40,791 nt of DNA. It comes from Candidatus Woesearchaeota archaeon. Its GTDB lineage: Archaea > Nanobdellota > Nanobdellia > Woesearchaeales > 0-14-0-80-44-23. The notes under the pieces are model-generated. The model was not told the DNA's origin. It made no database searches and was given only the letters and a program-made list of their open reading frames with translations. Position numbers and translations under genes: made by a program. Where the stretch lies: positions 1 to 40,791 of the forward strand of contig JAPLZQ010000095.1 of assembly GCA_026394965.1 (NCBI GenBank), read 5' to 3'. This document shows positions 26,995 to 33,755 of the stretch, in pieces. Every line of letters starts with the position of its first letter. Positions within the stretch are counted from its first letter, which is position 1.

Positions 26995-28128
26995 TTAAAT
27001 TCTTATTATCCCAAGTTCGCTGAGGGTTTCATAGATTATCCCTATTGCAAATATCAGGATAAGGATTGCGCAGCCCCAGTTAGGGAGATTGACTGAATAT
27101 TCCGGCTCGTGGTCTCCGTGGGTTTTTGCCTTTACATAGGAAAGTATCAGGAGAATTCCAGTGATTCCTCCTGTAAATGCGCCTGTTACTGAAAGCACTT
27201 TTATGAAGTTCTTAACAAATAGGAAAAGCCCCAGGGGAACAAAGCATGTTAAAAACCACGCCCAAAGCCTGTTCTTGTGATAATCATATATGTACATGTT
27301 TTTCAGCGCAAGCCCTAATGCAAGGGATGCTGTTGTCATTGAAAGCACAGCAAAGCTTGCCGCAAATACTCCCGCCGATTTTCCAACATATTCCATTATT
27401 GACTCAACTGCGCCCTCGCTTGTCCATATGCCTGCTGCCCCAACAACGCTTAATGCAAACACAGAATATACTGCAAGGGGAATAAGAGTTCCTATTACCA
27501 CTGCCTTCCTGAATTCTTTCCTGTTTGCCCTGAGCTCCTCCCTGAGTTCAGGGATGCAGGTTGTCCCCATGAAAGCAAAGAGAACAACTCCGTAGGGCAC
27601 AAGAAGCCTTTTTGCATCAAATCCGCTGAGGTTATTTGCGCTTATTTTCGGGACTGCGAGGAAGAATATTACCGCAATCATTGCTATAACAATTGTCACG
27701 ATTATCTTCTCTGAGCGCTCAATCATCTTCAATCCTGAATAAATCAAAAAAGAGATTACCCCGAAAAAAAGAAGGCTGTTTACAAAAGGGACTCCTCCGA
27801 ATAGAAATGTAAGGAATTCCCCCTCTTTTATCAGGTATGCAAGCATTGCCCCGTATATGCTTAGCACCATTGAGATTCCCATAATCTTCTTTGCGCCTTT
27901 TCCAAGGTACTTGTTTACATACCCTGCAAGCTGGTGGTCGCCGTTTGTCCTTAGGACAATCTCACCAGCACAGAGGTTAAGAGTGAGCATAACAATCCCG
28001 ATGATAATTATCACAAAGAGTCCAGTCAGGAACCCTGCCCTTGAGACAACATAGGGTATTCCGAGAATGCCTGCGCCTATTGTGCAGCCGACAAGCGTTG
28101 CTATTGCTTCAAAAGTGTGTTTTGGCAT
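26995..28128 (-). CDS. amino acid permease (aromatic/hydroxy amino acid permease-like)
   Basis: 377 aa with about 11 TM helices. The N-terminal FEAIATLVGCTIGAGILGIPY is typical of Aa_trans/Trp_Tyr_perm type carriers. Confidence 0.8.
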   Translation of the reverse strand: MPKHTFEAIATLVGCTIGAGILGIPYVVSRAGFLTGLFVIIIIGIVMLTLNLCAGEIVLRTNGDHQLAGYVNKYLGKGAKKIMGISMVLSIYGAMLAYLIKEGEFLTFLFGGVPFVNSLLFFGVISFLIYSGLKMIERSEKIIVTIVIAMIAVIFFLAVPKISANNLSGFDAKRLLVPYGVVLFAFMGTTCIPELREELRANRKEFRKAVVIGTLIPLAVYSVFALSVVGAAGIWTSEGAVESIMEYVGKSAGVFAASFAVLSMTTASLALGLALKNMYIYDYHKNRLWAWFLTCFVPLGLFLFVKNFIKVLSVTGAFTGGITGILLILSYVKAKTHGDHEPEYSVNLPNWGCAILILIFAIGIIYETLSELGIIRI

Positions 28129-28277
28129 TTAATCCATTCTTATCCTGATTGATATTTATATGTTTTTATGGAAAATACAAGGAAAGCGAAAGAAAGCAGC
28201 TGGCAGGAAAAGGCAAAAGAAATCCCCTGACACCGCCAATAAAATAAAAGTTTTCACAGGTAAACCCCCAAAACAAG

Positions 28278-28293
28278 GGAAAGATTTATATAT
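28278..28293 (+). promoter_or_regulatory. BRE/TATA promoter (GGGAAAGATTTATATAT)
   Basis: Third copy of the AAGATTTATATAT core. A second TATA-like TTTTTATATATT lies at about 28303. Confidence 0.55.
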
Positions 28294-28418
28294 GAGTATA
28301 TCTTTTTATATATTGAAGTATAATTTGTTGATACTACATCAACCAATATACAGATTGCGTAAAAACAATTCAAGCAAAAATACAAACTCAAAACAAGCAA
28401 GTAAGAAGAGGTGTTGGC

Positions 28419-28562
28419 ATGAAGAAAATAAGTTTTCTGGCATCTGCTTTAATGGCATTACCCATCTTTTCCGTTCTTATTTCGAGACGCAATAAAAGGG
28501 GAATCCTTTCCTTTTTTTTAATTTTTAAAAATTCCCAAATAAAAATAAAAGGCAGGGAGTGA
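28419..28562 (+). CDS. possible 47-aa membrane peptide (not in ORF track)
   Basis: The ATG is preceded by AGAGGTG with a 7-nt spacer. Translation is MKKISFLASALMALPIFSVLISRRNKRG.... The stop overlaps the next gene start (GTGATG). A T8 run inside the ORF (28512-28519) argues against it. Confidence 0.3.
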   Translation: MKKISFLASALMALPIFSVLISRRNKRGILSFFLIFKNSQIKIKGRE

Positions 28563-28567
28563 TGGTC

Positions 28568-28762
28568 ATGAATGCGCTAAAAATTCAACAAATGCCCTAC
28601 AAAAAGATTGTCTGGCAGGAAACCCCCCAGTCAGTGAGGGTTATCCAGGGGATTTATTCAGAGGAAGGCGACTTTGTGAGGGTAAAGGGCGATTACAAGG
28701 AAGTCCTCATAAGAAAGGACAGGATAATTTCAATTGAACACAAGCAAGCGAGGGGTGATTAA
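28568..28762 (+). CDS. small soluble protein (64 aa), unknown function
   Basis: SD-like GGGAGTGAT ends 5 nt before the ATG at 28568. The track lists GTG 28559; ATG 28562 is also possible. The stop lies 1 nt before the TTG start of the next gene. Confidence 0.6.
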   Translation: MNALKIQQMPYKKIVWQETPQSVRVIQGIYSEEGDFVRVKGDYKEVLIRKDRIISIEHKQARGD

Positions 28763-28763
28763 T

Positions 28764-29684
28764 TTGAAAACCAAGCAAGCAATGAAGGCATTAGCAGTAT
28801 TAATCCCTGTGGCTTTCATATTATATTTCTGGCTGGCGTCCTTCCTGCTCTTTTCAGGAGGGGCTATTGCCGCCACGTATTGGGATGTAAACGCAACTGT
28901 CAATGTGACAAATGTGGCTTCAAATGTCACTTTAGTGACAGTTGATGACAATACCCCATCACCGCCCAACCAGATAGACCTCACTGCAGGAGGGACAACT
29001 ACAGTATACTGCAACGGCACAATAAATGACACAAACGGATATGCAGACATAGCCTCAGCATCAGCCAAGCTTTATGATAATGTTAGTGCAACTGCAACAA
29101 GCGCTGACAACAACGAAACACATTACACTAATGGAAGCTGCTCGCTTGACGTTGGTTCAGGGATAACGAGGAATGCAGTGTGCGCATTTAGCCTGCTCTA
29201 CTACTCAAACAACCAAAGCTGGATATGCAATATAACCGCACTTGATTTAGACAGCGCATCTAGCTCAGGAGTTGATGGAACAGCTGTCAATTTGCTCCTC
29301 GCGCTGAATATATCAAACAACATAATTAACTATGGGAACCTTGCGCCAGATGAAACTTCAGCATCAGGCGCGACAGAGAACATCACAAACCATGGCAACA
29401 CCCAGATTGACCTCAAATTGAACGGCACTAATATGGCGTGCAGCAGCGTAGGAAGCATAAATGTGGAAAGGCAGAGATACAATGTTACCGGAACAGATGA
29501 GGCATATGCCACACTGAAAAACCTCACTGGAACAGCAGCAACAACCACCACATTTGATCTGGTGAAGAGAACAGATGCACTGGGGCAGGACAGCAAGAGG
29601 GTTACATACTGGAGAATTCAGGTTCCTCTCGGTGTAAAAGGCAGGTGCGACGGCAATGTGACATTTGCGGCGATTGCAGGATAA
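28764..29684 (+). CDS. sequon-dense secreted glycoprotein, short paralogue (candidate fibre/surface subunit)
   Basis: SD GGGGTGAT precedes TTG 28764; the alternative start is ATG 28782 (MKALAVL...). There is an N-terminal hydrophobic helix followed by GGAIAATYWD. I count 16 N-x-S/T sequons. The C-terminal ~250 aa are paralogous to the end of the 678-aa protein. Confidence 0.85.
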   Translation: MKTKQAMKALAVLIPVAFILYFWLASFLLFSGGAIAATYWDVNATVNVTNVASNVTLVTVDDNTPSPPNQIDLTAGGTTTVYCNGTINDTNGYADIASASAKLYDNVSATATSADNNETHYTNGSCSLDVGSGITRNAVCAFSLLYYSNNQSWICNITALDLDSASSSGVDGTAVNLLLALNISNNIINYGNLAPDETSASGATENITNHGNTQIDLKLNGTNMACSSVGSINVERQRYNVTGTDEAYATLKNLTGTAATTTTFDLVKRTDALGQDSKRVTYWRIQVPLGVKGRCDGNVTFAAIAG

Positions 29685-29780
29685 ATTTTTTTTATTTCCA
29701 ATTCTTTTTTTTAATTAATTGCCTTTCTTTAACCCTGTCCTTCTATCTCATTTTTTGCAGCATCAATTTTTTTTATGCTG

Positions 29781-29956
29781 AAAAACGGCGCTAAAACTCA
29801 ATACTTTAGTTTGGAGATACAGCGCCGTTTTTGGCACAAAGAAATGCTATGACATTTCTTGAACAAGAAATTCCTTTGGAATTTCTTTGTTTCTCTGGGC
29901 GCAAGAAAACTCTTCAAGTTTTCTGCGCACAAGAAATCTCAGAGATTTCTTTGTGC
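29781..29956. repeat. array of one long and four short tandem hairpins
   Basis: A 12-bp stem: AAAAACGGCGCT (29781-92) with AGCGCCGTTTTT (29821-32). Four hairpins follow with arms AAGAAAnnn / nnnTTTCTT:
- 29839-60;
- 29865-87;
- 29899-928;
- 29927-56.
The inner stem bases differ between units but stay complementary. Confidence 0.8.
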
Positions 29957-30393
29957 TTTAGTGCGGAGTAGGATGCTCTCAGCGGATTTTTATGATTATC
30001 TTCTTGTCTTGTGCTCTCTCATCTCATATTTTATTAGCATTTCATATTCTGTTTGCAATTGTTTTTTTCTGTTATTTTGTTTGTTTTCTTTAACTATCTT
30101 CTTTTTTTTATTTTCCTTTTTAAATTATTTATTTATTAAAGCATAATTTTTTATACTCGCTGCTTTTTTATAAATTGTAAAAGCATAAAGAAGTGATAGA
30201 ACAAAACAAATTGATAAGATAATGTGATAAAATAAGATATAAAATAAGAAGAATGATGCTTTGAGCAGCCTTGAACAGTATAGTGTCAAAGGTGGTTTAA
30301 CTGAAAATCAAAACGAATTTCTTTTTTGGATTAGTTCTAATTGAAATATTTGTTCTTCTCACCCTGTTTCAAGCAAAAAGTGTTGTTGGGACT

Positions 30394-32430
30394 GTGGGAA
30401 GTTCCGGTTTTGAATTCTTTACTGATGCAATAAATGTTACTCCCTCCACAGTTGGAAGCTGGACCGCTGTTGATGTTTCTTCTTATGTTCCAAGCGGGGC
30501 AACAGGAGTTCTTCTCGCTTTTGTTAATAATGGGGCTGCAAACTACATGATTGTTGCAAGGCATCCTGACAGCACGGATAATTTTTACACTGCAAGCACC
30601 ACTGATGTAAGGATAACATCGCAAATATACACTGTAACTTCAATAAATAGCAGCAGAATTTTTGAAGCAGCCAGAGAAAATAGCGCTTGTAATATATACC
30701 TCTTGGGATACACTGATGAAGAATTTGGCCTGTTTACAAATATGGTTAACATTACAAGTCTTTATTCAGGAACAGGAACCTGGCAGGATATGAATGTGAG
30801 CAGTTATGTTCCGGCAGATGCAAAGGGAATAATACTTAGGGTTTATTCTTCAACAGCTGCAAACGTAATTGTTGCAAGAGCTGATGGGAGCACTACAAAC
30901 TGGAATGATTCTCAGGTTATTGCACAGGGCTGGTACACAATAATAATAAAAAACAACAATCAGGTTGTTGAAGGTTATCGCAATTCAGCAAATGGACGCT
31001 TTTTTCTTATAGGATATATAAATGGGACAGCTCCTGTAACAATGTTTACAGACCCTTATGATGTTTCAACAGGCACTGCAGGCAGTTGGGTAAATACTGA
31101 TGTTGGAGGTTATACAAGCACTATTGCAGATGGGGCAATCCTGGTAAGAAAGAATACGGCAAACTCTGTTAAGGCAGGGCAGTCAAGAACTGTGGGAAGC
31201 ACTAATAACTGGTATTCGTCTTCAGATATAAGAAATTATATGGCTCATTGGGAATTTAGCGGACTTAATGGGACACAGTGCTTTCAGCAGAAGATAGAAG
31301 CAAATACCCAGGATTATTATATTATTGGATATGCTGAACCAGAAATTCCCCTAGCGATAAATTTTTCAAACATCACAAGTTCAGAAAATAATTTTTACTA
31401 CAACGCAACCCTTCTCGGCTGGTGCAATGCGACCCAGCCGGACATGCAGAATGTCAGTTACTATTACAAATGGTATTTGAATGGAATCCTTAACAGCACA
31501 GGGCAGACCGCATATTACCCTCCAGAAATATTAGTAAATATTGCAAACATAACCTCAGATAAACTTTCAATCGGGCAGAATTGGACTCTTGAGTGCACTG
31601 CTTATGACGGAATCGTTAATTCCTCAGCGCTCAATTCAACAGAAATAACGATTGTTGACATAAATTCGCTGCCCAATATCACTTCAATATTTGTGGATGA
31701 CGAAACATTTTCCCCTGCAGGCGAGATAGACCTTATTGCAGGAGATTTAAGGCAGGTGCTCTGCAACGGGACTGCTGATGACCCAGATGGCTTCTCTGAC
31801 ATTGACAATGTAACAGCAGTATTTTATGCGAGCGGAAACGGAACATTGCCCACAGACCCAGAAAACAACAACACCCTTTACCAAAACAATTCCTGCTCAC
31901 TATCTGCAGGATATGACACAACAAAAAAGGACTTCAACTGCTCATTTTCGCTTTTCTACTATGCCCAGAATGGGACCTGGACATGCAATGCAACTGTTAA
32001 TGATACAAAATCAGAAGCTTCATCATCTATAGCAACTTCAAACGTAAACAATCTCATTGCCCTCAATGTATCCTCGCTTGAAATTAATTATGGAAATCTC
32101 GCAGCAGGAGGCGAGTCTGCATCTTCAGTTGTTTTTTACATAACGAACCTTGGAAACACAAAAATTGACCTTTCATTAAACGGAACAAACATGAGCTGCG
32201 CAATAGGTGCAATAGGCGCATCATATCAGCATTACAACATAACCGGGACAGACCAGGCATATTCCCAGATGAAAGCGCTTTCAAATTCACCCTTCCTTTC
32301 CTCGAACTTTGACCTTAATAAGAGAATCACAGCTGATTCCGACAGGACAACATACTGGAGAATTCAGGTTCCTTCGGGAGTAAAAGGAAAATGCACAGGA
32401 GTAATAAGCCTTTCAGCTCAGCAGGGCTAA
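30394..32430 (+). CDS. sequon-dense secreted glycoprotein, long paralogue (start uncertain)
   Basis: The first canonical start is GTG 30394. The frame is open from 30301 and there encodes a signal-peptide-like LKIKTNFFFGLVLIEIFVLLTLFQAKSVVGT. The protein has three ~100-aa N-terminal modules. Its C-terminal ~250 aa are shared with the 316-aa protein. I count 31 sequons. Confidence 0.85.
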   Translation: MGSSGFEFFTDAINVTPSTVGSWTAVDVSSYVPSGATGVLLAFVNNGAANYMIVARHPDSTDNFYTASTTDVRITSQIYTVTSINSSRIFEAARENSACNIYLLGYTDEEFGLFTNMVNITSLYSGTGTWQDMNVSSYVPADAKGIILRVYSSTAANVIVARADGSTTNWNDSQVIAQGWYTIIIKNNNQVVEGYRNSANGRFFLIGYINGTAPVTMFTDPYDVSTGTAGSWVNTDVGGYTSTIADGAILVRKNTANSVKAGQSRTVGSTNNWYSSSDIRNYMAHWEFSGLNGTQCFQQKIEANTQDYYIIGYAEPEIPLAINFSNITSSENNFYYNATLLGWCNATQPDMQNVSYYYKWYLNGILNSTGQTAYYPPEILVNIANITSDKLSIGQNWTLECTAYDGIVNSSALNSTEITIVDINSLPNITSIFVDDETFSPAGEIDLIAGDLRQVLCNGTADDPDGFSDIDNVTAVFYASGNGTLPTDPENNNTLYQNNSCSLSAGYDTTKKDFNCSFSLFYYAQNGTWTCNATVNDTKSEASSSIATSNVNNLIALNVSSLEINYGNLAAGGESASSVVFYITNLGNTKIDLSLNGTNMSCAIGAIGASYQHYNITGTDQAYSQMKALSNSPFLSSNFDLNKRITADSDRTTYWRIQVPSGVKGKCTGVISLSAQQG

Positions 32431-32434
32431 GATT

Positions 32435-32523
32435 TATAGGCAAGGACATTAATGTTCGTTATTATTTACCTTGCCTATATCCAGAAGACTTTAACAAATT
32501 CCATACAAATATTAAAGTCTTCT
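32435..32523. promoter_or_regulatory. two consecutive perfect stem-loops
   Basis: TATAGGCAAGG (32435-45) pairs with CCTTGCCTATA (32469-79). AGAAGACTTTAA (32483-94) pairs with TTAAAGTCTTCT (32512-23). They lie between the 678-aa gene stop and the 393-aa gene start. Confidence 0.7.
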
Positions 32524-32557
32524 CGTATAAATAACTGCTGAGGAAAAGAGTGAGACA

Positions 32558-33739
32558 ATGAATAAAAAAAATGCGGCAATGATTTTTTTAGCGCTTGCGC
32601 TTATCCTTTTTTCATATAACACATTTGCAAGTTTGGGAGTGAGCCCCGCAACATTGAGGTTTCCAAACCTTCTCAGGGGCGGATTTTCCCAGAGAAGCAT
32701 TCTCATAAGCACAATGTCAGATGCAATGAAAGTGGATATTCATGCAGAGGGCAATATATCATCATGGCTCAGCTTTTCAAATTACACAATTAATGTTTCA
32801 GCAGGGAATTCAAAGCCGATTAAGGTTTTTGTAAAGCCGCCTATTGACGTCCCAAACGGCAACTACAGCGGGTATATTGTTGTAACAAGGAAGCCCCTTG
32901 AAACGCAGGCTCTCTCAACAGGCATTGGAAATTTAGTCATAATGAGCGTGAATATCCCTGTTGATGTTGTTATAACTGACATTGAAACAATTGACTGCAC
33001 TGCAAACTCATTTTTAATCTCTGATGCTGAAGAGGGAAGCCAGCCCAAATTAGCAGTTTCAATAATAAATTCGGGCAATGTCAGGATGAGCCCGGTTATA
33101 AGGGCAGACATCTGGGACCAGGAAAAAGAGAATGCATTGGAATTCCTTGAATTCAATGCAGATGAGATTCTTCCAAGCGTTGAGCAGCAGTTTGAATTTT
33201 CAATGCCCCTGCAGGAGCTTCCTGTCGGGCAGTACTGGGCTCAAATGTCTGTTCCGGAATGCAGGAATTCCGAACTCTTGACATTTGACATCTTGAAGAA
33301 AGGCTCGCTTACCACAAGCGGAAAGCTTATCCAGATAAAAAATTTGCCATGGCTGAATTTAGGCGCTACTGCAAAAATCAGCGCGATATTCAAGAATGAC
33401 GGGAAAAAGGATGTTTCAGCCAGGTTTAAGGGGATTGTATCAATTGACGGGCAGATTATAAAAGTTCTTGAGTCAGAGCAGTTAAACATTCCCGTTGGAG
33501 AAACAGTTGACTTAAACACTTTTTTCAAGCCCGAAGCCATGGGAAGGTATGTGATATCAGGCAAGGTTTACTATGACAGGAAGGTCACATACGAGCTTTC
33601 CTCAATTCTTAATGTGATTGAAGGGAAAAAAGGCATAAGCGGGATAACAATTGCATACATTGCGATAATTGCAATAAGCCTTTTCCTGCTTTTCATCATT
33701 TTCAAGAAGAGGAGGAAGAAAAGGGTGAGAAGGTTCTAA
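32558..33739 (+). CDS. membrane-anchored protein with tandem Ig-like modules
   Basis: Sec-type signal peptide ending TFA. The LGVSPATLRFPNLLRGG...ILIST pattern and a second similar module both look like beta-sandwich folds. C-terminal TM helix plus KKRRKKRVRRF tail. Confidence 0.8.
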   Translation: MNKKNAAMIFLALALILFSYNTFASLGVSPATLRFPNLLRGGFSQRSILISTMSDAMKVDIHAEGNISSWLSFSNYTINVSAGNSKPIKVFVKPPIDVPNGNYSGYIVVTRKPLETQALSTGIGNLVIMSVNIPVDVVITDIETIDCTANSFLISDAEEGSQPKLAVSIINSGNVRMSPVIRADIWDQEKENALEFLEFNADEILPSVEQQFEFSMPLQELPVGQYWAQMSVPECRNSELLTFDILKKGSLTTSGKLIQIKNLPWLNLGATAKISAIFKNDGKKDVSARFKGIVSIDGQIIKVLESEQLNIPVGETVDLNTFFKPEAMGRYVISGKVYYDRKVTYELSSILNVIEGKKGISGITIAYIAIIAISLFLLFIIFKKRRKKRVRRF

Positions 33740-33755
33740 AGAATTTTACAGGCAT

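Noticed and set aside
28160-28495. 111-aa Lys-rich ORF
   Set aside because: It spans the divergent promoter region and two TATA boxes. Its translation is low-complexity and basic. The strand and frame conflict with the better supported small ORF and leader.
29781-29956. CRISPR array interpretation of the tandem hairpins
   Set aside because: There is no constant repeat alternating with unique spacers of regular length. The units are themselves variable palindromes with irregular spacing (about 27, 38 and 27 bp), and no cas genes are present.
29859-30146. 95-aa ORF in the long intergenic region
   Set aside because: It starts inside the hairpin array and continues through a T-rich low-complexity tract (an F/L/S/C-rich translation). 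It has no SD.
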